Of a stretch of 64,000 bases of DNA, positions 28,178 to 43,430 are shown in pieces. Made by a program: the position numbers and the translations under genes. The notes below the pieces were generated by a model. It was given only the letters and a program-made list of their open reading frames with translations, searched no databases and was not told the DNA's origin. Origin of the DNA: Lama glama. Its lineage: Eukaryota. Location: the NCBI GenBank assembly GCA_028534125.1, contig CM052816.1, positions 64,296,001-64,360,000 of the forward strand, read 5' to 3'. Position 1 is the first letter of the stretch. The number at the start of each line of letters is the position of its first letter.

Positions 28178-28210
28178 ACACACACACACAAACACACGCA
28201 CACACACACA
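28178..28210 (+). repeat. Interrupted (CA)n microsatellite
   Basis: ACACACACACACAAACACACGCACACACACACA. Confidence 0.9.
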
Positions 28211-31200
28211 AACCCTTATCTATAGGAAGCATACATAGATAGACCAACGGATCTATCTCCAACCCACTTTTGCAATACATACCTACCATAACCTCTAACT
28301 GCAGAAAAGACACCACATGGTATAGTTACTACACTATGATACATAGTTCAATGTACTAGGTACTCTATCCCCAAGACACTCTATGCTTCCTAATGAAATT
28401 TTTGTTTTCACTCTGAAGTAAAGAAATAAAATACCCTTGGATCAGCAAGAGTAAGCTGCCCAAGTTGCTCTTATCCTCAGTGTAAACATCTCATTTTAAG
28501 ATGTAAAAATTTAAATCAACTCTAAAACATCTATCTGCCTTCTGTAAGCCATTAAACCAGCAAGTCACCTTTCAGCAAATTCCTCACCTTAAGCTTTCTT
28601 ATTTCACAAAAGTGAATTCAGAAAAATTCATTCAATAACTACCTTAAAAGCAAAGTGAAGGAAAAAATCAATATGATTCTATTTCCAGTTATTTTGGCCA
28701 ATTACTTTGTGTTACCTTAAGAAGGGCATGAGATCAATACTTTAACTAAATGTTACCCTGCCATCCAACAGATCTAAGTACATTACACAACGACTCATTC
28801 AATAAGCAAATAATCATCATCCCTGTTTCTATTCATATTCAGTGTAGTCCACGGTACACCAAAAATCATCCCTAACATGCCCTCACCTTCTCCATGTACC
28901 ACTACAGAAAGACTGTAAATGCTGTTGTTCTTATCAAAGTCCCTTCCAAAGATACAGATTCACACTGTGATACTCTTTTCACTTCTTCCAAAATTATACA
29001 AGCACAAATACAAATACTTTTCATTTTGAGTGCAACTGATAGTCAAGTAAATTTTTAAATTCACATGTGCATCCAAAAGTTTAAAACTCAATTTGCAAAT
29101 ACAATCCACATAATACTGGCTCTAAAGTATGCAGAATCTAGACCCAGATACTAGTATTTCAACCAAAACCCACCTACTACCTATTAGAATAAACAGTAAG
29201 CTTTTTTATTTGTCAAACATGTTCTTACAGCATTAACCAAACCTAAACACACACAACTGTGTCAGCAAAGAGAACACTGACAACTATAGACAAAACAGTA
29301 CATGTGCTTTTTTTAAATGCCTGATAACAACTATAATTATATAAACCAATTCAGACTCTACAACTTCAACGGGTATGTCAATTTTAAAGATGCCCAAGGC
29401 ATTTTAAATTAAGCAGGCAAATTTCACATTTCTTGGTGCCACCGCAAAACCAAAATTATTGAGCTAGATATAAGTCTGACCTGATAAGGCAATTCTTAAA
29501 TCTTTCTCCTAACTAAAATAGTTATTGTAGTATGATGACTGCTATCAAAAATCAACTCTTTGTTAAAAAAAATGCACATCCCATTTTAAAAAAGTAGAGG
29601 TAAGTAGAGCATCATAGCACAGAATATATCTGAAAACTTCAGTTTGGTAACTGAAAAGTTAGGTTTTTGATGTTTGCCAAGCAGTCCCACAACGTGCTGG
29701 CCCTAAGCCATCATGGCCTGGTGCCAGCCTGATGTAGGGCCAAGCTAAAAATAGCAGCCAAGCAGCAGCTGGAACACATAGGTCCCTGTGACCTCAGCTT
29801 TATTTCCCTAAATCAAGGGAGGCTGGAGGGGAGAGGACAGTAGCTGGGAGAGAAGGGAATGGAATCACTCTCTTAGGTGATTATTTCCTACCTCCTCCAA
29901 TTTCTTGCCTTCTTCCCTACCACTCCCTCCTACTCCTCATTCCACCACTCCATTCCTCCAGGCCCAAGAAAGGAAGGGGGAGAGGATGGGCAGTGAGGGA
30001 AAGAGAGAAAGGAAGAAAGAAATTGGAGCTCTGAGGCAGGCTGGTTTCAGAGGCTCCCCTATCTCCTACCCTCAAGTCTCACTTGAGTTTACCATCATTG
30101 CAAACTGGCTATTTTAGTCCTCAGCTTTACAATGGTCTAGAGAAAATATAAGACAAAATTACACAGATGAAAATTGGTGGAGAACAAGAAGAAAGAACTA
30201 GAAGATGGTGTGAAGAGTACAAATTCCTAAGTGCAAAAGAACCTTGAAGACTGTTTAAAAAAAATGAAGTCCTAAAGATAGAAGGCGAATTTATTTTTTA
30301 AAAAAGTCCTCTCTCACAAACATCTGATTACAATTTAGTATTTGAGTTTTAGGGGTTTATTTTATGACAAATATTTATAAAAATCACGACCATCTTCTTT
30401 GTAGAAATGCGTTAATACAAAGCAGGAGCAGGAGCAAAGAACATAAGCAAACACTACAAGTGTGCTGCCTTCAACTTCTGTCAGCCTTTATCGAGGACAA
30501 CAGCAAAACCAGAAGAGGCTCCAGGCTCCACACTTTACACCGAAATGATAAAACACCTATACTTCATTTATAAAAATGCTAGTCACTGCCAGCAAATATT
30601 TAACAACTGCAACGTGCCACATACAGCATTCTAAATTGTACTGATGTAATTAAGAGAATTTATATCTTGCTTCTGTGGACTCATTCTACATGCTATCTTC
30701 TTACGCATATTTTCTGTACACTATCTTCCAACATTAGAGATCTGACATCAATTAACAATGAAAAATGCTTTCAGTAAACAGACTGTTAAATAAGGTATGA
30801 TCAGAAAGTGAATCACCTGAATTTTAAGCACATTAATTCACTAAATGAGCTTCCAATTTATCTGATCAGCTTATTCGGTTAGTAAGAGTTTAAATATACT
30901 GACAGGTTCTACTACATCATTCCAATTAACATCGTTCCGATAAACTATCTCTTTCAAAGAAAACTTAATCTTTTTATCAGTACAAGAAATAGTATAATTT
31001 TCATTCATAACATTCAAAAAGGGCCTTAAAATAAAATATATATGCTATATACATACTACTATTAGATTTAACATGCAAGTTACTCCTCTTTCAAAAGTGA
31101 AAAATGTCTGATGGATGATGATCAAAACCACCACAAACAACCATCTTCCAAAGCTGAAATTCATTCACAAAAGGCATTTTTTAAAATGCAGGTTTTCCAA

Positions 31201-31344
31201 TCAAATTTTAAAAATACATGTTAAAAATTGTAACTCTGATCACAATTTAAAATTCTGGCCACCATGAAAATCACTCCAGAAAGCAGTAAGAGACTAGAAA
31301 CATAAAGGGAAACCTAGAATAGTTAACGATGATGCATCACGAGC

Positions 31345-31562
31345 AGTATTACTGAGAGGGTAAGAGTACCAGCCATAATTCACCAGCCTGTATGACCTTG
31401 GGCAAAAGTTTATTTGTGCTTTTTCCCTATGCTTCAGTTTTCTCATCTGTAAAATTAGAATAATGAAAGTACCTACCTCACAGGGCCGTTAAGAAATATA
31501 AAGTGCTTGGAGCAGTATCTGGCACACAGTTAAGCGCTATTACTACTATTAGTAAATGTTGT
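31345..31562 (+). mobile_element. MIR SINE
   Basis: TATGACCTTGGGCAA...CTTCAGTTTTCTCATCTGTAAAATTAGAATAATGAAAGTACCTACCTCACAGGG...TGGCACACAGTTAAGCGCT. Confidence 0.8.
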
Positions 31563-32254
31563 TATAGTGGTATGAAGAGGCTCACCGTAAATCACGCTCA
31601 GCTCAGCAAAGCCCCAAATCATACAAGATCTTTGAAAGTTAGGGATGTTAATAAAGTTTTGAGGCCACATCAATTATGTGAAAGAAGTGTATATAGCAGT
31701 TACGTATATAGTGCTACTTACTGGCAATGAGGGTGGGGACACACTGACAAAACACTGAAAACATACAAACAGGTCAAATACAGACACTACTGAGTAAGTT
31801 TTCACAAACAGACTAAGTTCAGAGCAGACAAATGTCTTACTGGATATTAACTTTAATCATTCTGCATAACTATTTTCAACTTACAGTAAATTTTTTATTA
31901 CACAGGGTATGCATGCATTCATGTATATTCACACCAGCTGTAATACAGTTCTACACAGTTAGCAATAATAACTTTTCCTGAACTTTAATCTCATCATAGA
32001 CCATCTCTAAAATTTCCAAATGTCTACAAATGTTTTACACTACCATGTATTTAGCATGGTATCACTGCTTAACTGAAGCCTTTAGAATCTGGCCTGAAAC
32101 TAAAATGCTGTCTAGAAATACTTTTACAACATTCGATGAAATGTTAGCCAAATAATCTCTACAACAGTCTAAGCAATTTACATTCAAGAATATGCCTTTT
32201 CTGATTTCCAAGACTTTCTGAAACTTACCAAACATTCCTAGCAGATTAAGAGGA

Positions 32255-32390
32255 AGCCTGAGTAATGGAAAAACAGAGTCCGTGTTTAACTTTGCAATTT
32301 ACTATGCCTCTCTAGACAAATTACTCAACATGTCTGGGCCTCAGTTTTCTCACCAGCAAAATGGGAGAAGCTGGAATTGATCTCTAAAAA
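32255..32390 (+). mobile_element. MIR/MIR3 fragment
   Basis: TCTGGGCCTCAGTTTTCTCACCAGCAAAATGGGAG. Confidence 0.6.
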
Positions 32391-35079
32391 TCTCCAGAGC
32401 TCTTCAGGCAGATAATACATGATGCAAGAGTATTTTGTAAAAACAGCTTCTCATCTCTCAGCACATTGAAGAACAAACAGAACAGTGCACCTGTACACAA
32501 GGGTCACTAAAATATACTTGGAGTGATGATACTCAGATGATACCTGGGTTCATTTGTCTTCTTTTCTCTCACTTATGAACATCAAATTAGTTACAAATAC
32601 ATAAATAAGTATATGTATACATGTAATAATATATGCTGACAAATAAACCAGTTATCATATAAGATTCCCACAAATTAAAAAAAAATTCCACAAATATAAA
32701 ATTCTTAGCATACCTTTAGCAAAAGAGTTCACTTACTATCAGCTGAAAGTCAATCTTTAAGTTTAAAATGAAAAGCAGATTTTGCACTGCATTCTGTCCA
32801 AAGTTTGCTTTGGTTACCTTTTCTAGCTGAAGAAAATAAAGGAAGCATACTATTTTTAAAGAACTGAAAACCATGTACAACATAGCATATTCTTAGCAGA
32901 ACACACAGCACTGAAAGCAAAAAGTGGAGAGATACTCAGGTTTTTTAAACAAATCTAACCAACCCACTTTATTTTTGAGATTGACTAGGAATGAGAAACA
33001 AGAGTCTCTTTTCATGGGACACGACTACGTAACATTTTTCTCTAAATTATCATTTGGTACTGACTTCTCAGAAGGAGATGAAACTTTCAATCCATTTAAA
33101 GGAGGAAACAGCTCATGTTTTCTAATTTACAGTAATCTCCAAACATTTACATATGTCAGAAAATTAATAAACCAAGAAAATTAAATTAGGTTTTTTTGTT
33201 GTCAGAAAGCACCGTTTTCTAAATTATATGATAGTAATTTGAAAGGCAACTAAAAATGGTTTTGTGGGTTCCATGTAGTTCATTACCATTTAAAAAACAG
33301 TTGCCTATAATCTGCTTTGTTTCTAAGATGTTTATACTTACCTATAATCTGCTTTCTCCTCTAGGATATTTGTCCTCTTAAATATAACAGTTGAAGGTCA
33401 TCAGCAGTTCAAGTTTAATGATTGCCCCAATAAAAATTTCTAACACACATGAGTTTGTTTTATCGTATGTATATGTAAGCTTCTTAAAATAAAGGTGCCA
33501 AATTCATTTTGCATCACTGAAGAAAACTGATTTTCTAACACAAAAATATAAAGCATGTAAGCATTTGGAATTAGTACAGATCCTATTGTGTTTTTTAAAG
33601 GAACAGCTTTCTTAAAAGAAAACAGTCATTCCTTCACTGCCATCCTGTTCACTGAATATATTACTAGCTGAAATCACACATTCTTAAGTGAACTCTTAAC
33701 ATGAGTGTGAATAAAAAGATGCTCACTGGCCAACATCTTTCCATATGAAACATTTAGAGTTGGAATTGATAGCAATTGATTACCCACTGTGAAAAGAAAA
33801 GAGGCCCAGGATAAATATCTTAAAAATCAGCCAGGACATACTTAAGAAAATACTGAATTGAAAATACTTGAATTGTTCAATTAATTGCAATAATTTTTCT
33901 ATTAGACACGTTCTACAGCATCCTGATGTTTTTAAACGAAAGCCATCCAAGTTTCACATCTGCAAAAAGGATGTGAAATTCAATGTGCAACTGAAATAAA
34001 ATAACAGGGATGGCCCTTTCCCTCTTCAATTTCAGAGCGAACTCACAATACAGGTATGAAGAGCAAGAAATTAAAGACTGAAGCAAGAGTAAAAATGTCT
34101 GTTTAATCCAAATCTGCACTTCCACCTTACAGAATTGTTGAAATCTTTCGGCTACAAAGAGTATTGTCTCCTGAACACTTTAGATTTCTTCACTGGACCA
34201 ATACTAACCATCAGAGAACTAAGTATCATAATAGATTCCAAGATTTCTTCACCTAAAATTGAAAATTTAAGCTCCCTTAGAACAATGCTGAGCACATGTG
34301 AGAGATCCAAATACTTTCAAAAATTAACTGTAAACAAATCAAACATCTCAATTCAGACAGAATAAAAAATATATATGCAACTAGTTTCAAAATTTCTTTT
34401 GTGTAATCTTTCAGTTAACAAAAAATAGAAAAAGTATAGGATCTGATTCAAATTTGTTCTATACCATTAATCTCAAAAATACATTCAATGAAATATACTC
34501 TCATAAATAAACAAAACACAGAATTCTGAAAGTACATTTAGAATCATATCTTTATATAATGATCTCCAGTCTGTAAAGAAAATCAAAATATTCAAAGGCC
34601 AAAAATTAGCCTTAACTGGCTGATTAAAATCTTAACCATCTGAAATCTAATAATGATCCCCTTTTACTACCTTACTACCCCCTAAGTCATAAAATTTTGT
34701 TATGAATTTGAAAAGACCACGAGAAAGTGTTTATCAAAGTGTTAACAGAATTCCAGGGTGATATTCTTTTCTCCCAAAAGTAACTAGCAAAGAAGAAAAA
34801 CGGCAACTTCGCCTAAAACTTAGCTCCTTCCTTCTCCTACAGAAAACAAGACCCTAGTTTCTAGTTTTGTTTGGACATTTCTTGCTTTTAAATGATTATT
34901 TAGTGACAAATAAGCAAATGGTGTTTCAAAACAACAACAAAAAAAGAGTGTACCCAAGTCTTCAGAAAAGGGACACACACACCCAAGCCAAAAAAAAATG
35001 CATTAATTAAAAACACAAGGATAATTTTTACAAGGTTTTTTTATTACGAAAATATACACTTCTAGTTTTAAGAAAAGTC

Positions 35080-35950
35080 CAACCATAAGATAGGCATAAA
35101 ATGAAAAGTAAAATTCCCCTCAAAACCTTGCCTGCTCATCTGACTGCCTTTCTCCAAAGATACTATTCAATGATTGCTTGTGTAGCCTTTCCAGACATTT
35201 TTATACATCTGTATGCAAGTCTGTCTTTTTCCTTTTAAACAGAAACTACAGCATACTATATGAAAAGTTGACTTGTTTTAAATGAAATATGTTGATCACC
35301 TCTTCTTGTCAGTATATAAAAATTTACTTCATTTTTTTCAAGGTTGCATAGTATTCCACCAAGCACTTCTTAACCAGTTCCCTTATGATAGAAACCTGGG
35401 TTGATTCCAGCTTTTCAGTATTGCAAGCCATACTGCAATGAACATCACTCACTGTACTGAACATCTCTGTGCACTAGTATCAATATACTTACAGGATAAA
35501 TTCCTAGAAATGACACAAAACGACTGTCTCAAGCATCAGGGGAGGCAGCATCTCATTCCCTCACCTCCTCAACCAATTCTAGATACAGTCTACCCATCTT
35601 TTTAGTATATACCAATGTCTTAGATGAAAATGGCATGTTATTTTCACTTCTGTCTCTTTTACTGAAAATGAATGTTTATTAATAATTTGCATTTCTTTGT
35701 GAAATATGTTGCCCATTTTTCTACCAGGTTCTTTTTTTTTTTTTTTTTTGCAATTTTTAGGAGTTATCTGTCAGTCTTTGGTCACATATATTGCAAATAC
35801 CTGCTCCAGTTAGTTCCTTAATTCATTGTGTTCTCAGTCCTACAAAAATTTTTAGATTTTCTTTAATCAAGTAACTTATATCTGTCTTTTCCTTTATAGT
35901 TCAAGTTTCAGGTTCCATTAGGGAAGCTCCTTCCCAGGCAAAACTTTTGG
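35080..35950 (-). mobile_element. Ancient L1 (L1ME-like) fragment
   Basis: GGTTGCATAGTATTCCA, GGATAAATTCCTAGAAATG, TTGCCCATTTTTCTA antisense L1 motifs. Confidence 0.65.
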
Positions 35951-38900
35951 TAAGTTTTTTAATATGACTTCTAAATCATTTCTTAAATGTTACCCATAAC
36001 ATTTATATACAAGCACCTTCCACAATAGCTCCTTTCCAATATATCCTTATTTAACAAAAATCAGCCAACTATGCTTTCTCTAAAACATCTCATAATCAAT
36101 TCATGAGCAGCTCTGCACAAATTAAACATTGTTTACCATTATTACACTAAAGGTTTAAATTTTTCTTCCTTAGATTTCTTCTTAAAATCTAGGAGTTGAA
36201 AAATAACTAGCAAGTATGTTTAATTTCTGAGAAGTACCAATTCTGTATCCCTCAATCCTTAAATAATCTTCAACAGTGTAAGTGTAAAATAAGGTCCAAC
36301 AACTAGATTGTCTATATTGTAGTTATAATTTAGTCATCTCTACAAAAGTCAATAGATACTCCCTGTACAAACGTGTAATTTTGCAATACCAGAAAATTGC
36401 TTACGATGCTATCAACACACTTTTCTGTTCTTTTCCACTCCAGGTTCTAAAGCAAAAGAGTTCTACCTCAAATCACAAAATTAAAATAAGCCTCATATCA
36501 GTTCCAATTCAAACCACCACTTAGAGGTAAATTAGATGGTTAATCTAGCTACTCTGTCTATTCTTCATCAAGGAAAAAAAATCTTGGTCATAAGTTTTCT
36601 ATCTCACAGTGCCAGCTGCCAGGCATTTAACAGCCTTCCATCTCTAAGCTAACTGGCACAACAAGTAATGCAACTTGGAAGTTAAGGAAATTGGCAGAAC
36701 TCAGAGGGGAAAAAAGAATATTTTCCACAATTTGTACAGCACTTGTTTAGCACGTATGTAAGTGTTTCCGAAGGGGTGGTCAACTCTTCAAACTACATGA
36801 AAAGCATCATACTACTTACATCAACCACTGCCAACTCCATTCAGTGGCCTCCTTCCCCTATGCGGACTATTCAAAAAGTTACTATTTTCTTTTACAACTC
36901 ACCCAGGCCTCTTCACCGATGAAAGCAGGCAAAGCCCACGCTGTGTGTCTGTCTCCTAGAGAAGATTGCATCTTTTATTTATTGTCCTTTGGCTTTATTT
37001 TCACAGCGAATTCCTGGCTTAAATGCAATCAGCCAAGAAACCCTCCCTATGTGCTCTCCTGTCATTCCTCATTGCTTGCAAGCAGAGTCAAGCACAGAAG
37101 GGGGAAAAAAAAAAAAAACCTCAACATTGCCAACCAAGCCATAAAAACTCGAAAACTCTAGTTTGTTATACTGAGAAACCATGGATGTACTTCAATCTCT
37201 TTCGACCAGGCAGGAAAAGGGGGGTTTAAAAAAAAAGGTGTAACTTGACAGAATGTTAATTAGATTTTTTTTTTTAAAAAGGATGGATGGGATAGCCTTA
37301 GAAGTTAAACACCCCTTTAGACATAAGAAAAGGGTATCCAACCTAGAAAAGGCAACACTGGGGGCTGCCTTTAGAAATAAATGACCATGCAGAAAATCAC
37401 GTTTGCAGATTGCATTAGAATTCAAATTAACCAGACAGGATTTAAACAAATCTTAATTCTCTCTTGGGGCCCCTATCCAGACCCCTACCGGACTCCCAAA
37501 GAGAAGGATAAAAGGAACTGACTAAGGAAAGAGAAGATTAAATTAAAAACCAGAGACTTCGATGCTTCCAAACCGCTCCCCATTCATTAGGTACTGAGTT
37601 CACCAACACAATTTAAATAGCAATATGAGAGCGGGGTTCAAAATACGCCAGTTGCAATCAGCAGAAAAATATGGGGAAAAGGGAGTTTCACTATAGCATT
37701 GTTCTTTTCGGTCCAGCTCAAAATCCCCATCACTATAGCTGAAAAAAAATATCTGACCAGAAAAACATACTGGACGGTGAGGGCAGGAGGGAGGAAAGGG
37801 AAAGCTTTTTAAACTCTATATTTGAGAAAACTCTCAAGGTCTGTCAGAGAAATGAGGGAGGGCTGTGCAGCTTTAAATCACAAGTCCTTCTCTCGCCTTT
37901 GTCAAATATCTTCTACTTTACAAGCCCTGGAAAGAAATAAAGAGACTCTTTTGTTTGGTTTCCCCTTTTCGGAGGGTTACAGAAAACTGAAAGGGGCACA
38001 AATAAACCTGAAAATGAGAACAAAGTGCGGGGTCGTGCCCGGCTGCCAGGCGGTCGCGACGGGAGGGACGCGGGAGCGTTCGCGGAGCCCCTCCGCCTCG
38101 CGCTCCCGCAGCCGCCGGCCGCGAGCGCCAAGCCCGTCACTGCTCCCCGCCGCTCGCACGGAGCAGGACCACCAGCCCCCCGGCGCAAACCGAACTCCTG
38201 CAGCAGGAGCCCCGGCACGCCGCGGCCCCTCGAAAAGGGAAGCGCGAGCCGCTCCCGGCCCAGCTCGCACCCTTTAATTCAGGGGCGTCCCCTGGAGGAG
38301 AGGTCCCTCAGGAGAGGGTCCAGCTCGCTGCCTGCCTCCCGCGCCTCCCGGAGAAGGGGAGGCGTGGAGGGAGAGACATTTAAATCCCGGGGCGGCCAGC
38401 GGAGCTCGCGTGAGCCAGCCCAGACGCCGAAGCGACCTCCGGAGCGCAGCGGCTGCCAGCCCGTCGAAGCCCTGAGTGGAGCGGCCGCCGTGTGGCATTA
38501 AAATGTATTTCCCTCCCCTCAAATCGAGGGGGCGGGGAAGGGGGGGAGAGGAGAAAGAAAGACCAGCGAGCGACAGACAAGGGGAGAGAGAAGGAAGAGC
38601 GCAGAGCGCGGCCCGGCCGCCGGCTCGGCCCCAGCCGGCATTGTCTGTGCGGCCCGCGCCCCCTCCCCCGCCCCGCACGGCCCCGCCACACACAACCTCA
38701 GCCGGAGCCCGGCCGTCCGCCCGCGCCTTTGTCCACATTCACCCCCCAAAACAGGCGAACAACACTCCAGGACGTGCTCCCCGGAAGGAGGGCGGGGAAC
38801 GGAGCGGGCCAGGGGCACCCGACACCCAACCCGCCGACCCCGTGGTGGGGCGCGTCCTGCTGATTCATTTCCCACTCGCGCTGGCCCGTCCGGGGAGACA

Positions 38901-39006
38901 GGGGGCGGGGAGGGGCGGGGAGGAAATGGGCGCTCTGCTCCGGAGGGCTGTCCGGGCCAGCGAGGACACCGGACGGTGTGCAGGCGCTCATCAAGGTGAG
39001 GGGCTA

Positions 39007-39990
<984 letters not shown>

Positions 39991-42299
39991 CGCGGACACC
40001 GGGGTAGCGGGGGTGGCGGGGTTGGGTGACCGATGGGTTGTGAGAATGTCAGGCCGCTGTGACGCGAGGGGCGGGGCTCAGGCGGGGTTCCCGCGGGAGG
40101 GGGCGGGCCGCCGGGTCCTGCCTCAGGTGGGTGGGTCTATGCGCCCCCTTCCTACTCAACTTCCCCTTCCAATTCCCTGCCTCTCTTTGACGTCCGGCAA
40201 GTGGGGACGCGCCTCTTGGGTCCCAGCGGGGAGGGAAGGGGAGCTGGGGGGTTGAGCACCCGAGAGGGGGTCGGGGCTAAGTGGGGGGCGGGGCCCACGG
40301 GTCGATGCCCCACCCCCCCGTCAGAGCCTGCCCGCCGGGGGAAAAGCCTCTGGGCGGAGGAGGCGCTTTCAAAACAAAGAAATGCGGCGTGGAACCCGGG
40401 GGACGGGGGTGGAGAGGAAGGCGGAGGAGGTGCGGCTGAAGCCGCCCGGTCGGCCGCTTCCCTTCTAGTCAGCGCGGAGAAACTACCCCCACCTCCAGCC
40501 CAGGCTGCGGCGCCGGAGAAGAGGGAGGAGGCTGCTCTCCGCGGCTGTTTTCCAGTTCACTTTTAAAGACCAAGGAGGAGAAGGAGAGCACCCGCTCCGC
40601 AACCCCGGGTGGCTGCAGCGCAACTAGCCCCGAGCCCCGCGTCCGCTCTGTCTCCGAGGCCGAGCGGGCCAACGTGTCTGAAAACGCGCTGAGCACTCGG
40701 AACCTGCCCCGCAGCTGTGCGACGCGCGTCCCGAGCCAGCCGCGGCCGCCCCACCCTCGCGCTCCCTCAGCCCCGCGGGCGAGAAAACCGGCCTGCCCGC
40801 CGGCACGGAGGTGGGGAACTTGAACCGGCCCTTGTCGTCTCCGCGGCCACGCTGCGGAGACCCCGCTTCGAGTCCGGGATGCTCCGGCTCGGGGTGGAGG
40901 GCACACCCGAGCAGTGGATTTAGCAAACACACCTTTTGTGAGTACACACGCCACGAGCGCGCGCGCACACACCCCACGGGCGCGCGCGCACATCCCAGCC
41001 GGCCGCAGACGGTGTACCCGGGCCGCTCGGCGGCGGACGGCGACTGCGAGCGCGCTCGGTGCGCACTTAGATCTGCAGCCCGCCTCAATCGGGCCTCCGG
41101 GCTGCGGGGAGTCTTGGCTTTCCGGACGCGCACCGCACTCTCTTGCCGCCTTGGAGGCGCCGAAACGGCCTTTTCTCCCAGGGAAAGGCAGTGTTGCGGG
41201 CCGGGCGAGCGGAGAGTGCAGCTTGCTGGTGCGAGGGCCGAAAGCGAAGAAGCGCGTCCCGTACTGAACTGGGGAACGCTGCGGACATTGTTCTTCACAC
41301 AACACAGAGCTCTGTCAAACCTGGGTCCAAGCCACAGGCTTAATTACCACGTTAGAGATAGCTTTACTCTTTACTCTGCATTCTGTTTTTGCTGTAAACC
41401 ATGTGACTGATATTGTCGCTGTTGTAGAAGATAAACCGTATCTCCTTTGACACTTTGGCATCTTTTAAGGTTATTGGCTGATACCCACCTGCCTGCCTCT
41501 TTGCCTGGATTGAAAGGGATAGAGCGTGCTCGAGTTTTAAAGAAAATAGCCCACTTAAGGCTATGGCTCCGGGGACCTCGAGCTCCACGTCTTGGCTCTT
41601 CCCCTCTTCAGGCCTCACCAAGCCCCAGGCTGCAGGTCCCCAAGGGACCTGATGCTGGCAGACTTTCCATAGCTGCCTTACTTGTTAGGAAAATTTTGGT
41701 GACACTATGTTTTTGTATATCCATCTGTTATTTTTCTGGGCACCTCCTCAATGCTTAGGAAAAGGCCTGGGCAGAAAACTGGAAGAATATCTTTATGGGC
41801 AAGAGGGAGAGGGAAGGTTTTTCCTCCACTTGTTCCATTTCTGGATCTCTTAAAAAATAAAAATTTTTAAAACATAGGTGATAGTAGAAAGTAGAAATGT
41901 AAGATTTGGCTTCTATTCTGTCCTCACGCAGTTACGAGAGAACTTAGGTTTGTGTGATATTATGTAGATTACTAAGTATTTTCATACATATATATTGACA
42001 ATCGCTGAACTGGAAAGTTAGATAACAAAACTGGTACCCCCACACTGGGTAAGTGATGCATTCAGAGTCCTATAGGGTGTTAGTGGAAGAAATTAATTCA
42101 TATTGAACAGGAAAGTAGACACCTTTGGAGGTGCCTAATGTTTAGAGACCCTGATTTCGTGCTAAAGCCAAAGAGACTGGATTTAAGGCAGCATCCTACA
42201 TTGGAGCAATCTAGTCTATCTCTCTGTTCAAGGGTGAATCCAGGGCCACCGGCTCAGCCTAACCCAATTTTCCCTCTCTTGTAGTCTCTTACATTGAAA

Positions 42300-43430
42300 C
42301 CACTCTCTCTGTGAACTGTCCTCTTCTCTCTGGTTTCCTTAACACACTCATGTCCCTTCTACATTTCCAACTCATCTTTCTCTGCCTTGTTTTCAGGTTT
42401 CTCTCCCTCCAAAATGTTTAATGTATACCCTGTCCTACAGCCTATGAGGGTCCTTTTCTCCATTTTTAGTGATCCGCAACTTGGAGAATTTTCACCATTT
42501 CCAATTCCAAACCATGGTCTCTCCTTCAGCTTACTTATTTCTTCCTGGTGGCCAGCTTCCTTTCCCATTGCATCGAGGATGCCCATAGCCGCAGCAAACC
42601 CAAAGTTTTCCTGGAGACCAGGTTCTCTTCCTACACCTAGATTGTTACTACTATTGGCACCTGTTCATAGGCCCCCACACTTTATTCCTCTTTGCCCTTG
42701 CTTGCAATTCCCATATAGGTTTACTTGCTGTTACCTATCCCAGCCCCTCTCACTCAGTCATTTAGTAGTCCTCTTCATTCTGCACAGCCTCCTCAGTGGT
42801 ATGTCTGTATAACATTTCTCCTGCAAATCCTCCTCCACCAGCTGCTGTGCTTCCTAAAGTATAATTCCAATGGTGTCAGCCTCCTGTTCAAGTCCCTTTA
42901 AATGGCTCCCTGCCACCTACTGGGAAAAGTCCAAATTCAGGTATGAGCTTGACCAAACCCAACTTTCCAGCCTAATCTTAGACTAAAATCTAACAACTTT
43001 CAGTTCCCCAACAGGAATTTTGTTATGTCCATCAGGACTTACCCCAGTTCCCCAGATGTCATGCCAACTTTCCCACTGCACCTTTGCTCCAGAAGTTTCT
43101 GCTGCCGTAAATGTCTCTCTTCCCTTGCAACTTGTCAAATTCCTATCCTTCCTTCAAGGTCTGGTTCACATGCCACTTCCTCTGGGAAAACCCACCTGGA
43201 TGTGTAATCTCTCTCCTCAAGCCCCTTTAACACTCTGGATCTTTCTTGTGACATATCATTCTGCCTAGAATCACAGCTATGTTTATGCTTGCTTAAGCCA
43301 TTTGTCTTCTCTCTCTTCCCTGGTTAGAAATTCTCTGAGGCCTGGGATTATGCCTCAACCCTCTGTAGTTCCAAGTGCCAGAACTGCACCACAAGTCTTT
43401 TTCCCCAGAGGTCAGCTATATCCATGAATC
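42300..43430 (+). mobile_element. L2 LINE fragments
   Basis: Pyrimidine-rich L2 motifs (AATGGCTCCCTGCCACCTAC, TCCTATCCTTCCTTCAAGG, CCACTTCCTCTGGGAA). Confidence 0.6.

Noticed and set aside
33304..33375. Degenerate ~37-bp tandem repeat (CCTATAATCTGCTTT x2)
   Set aside because: Old two-copy local duplication; no array or CRISPR-like structure.
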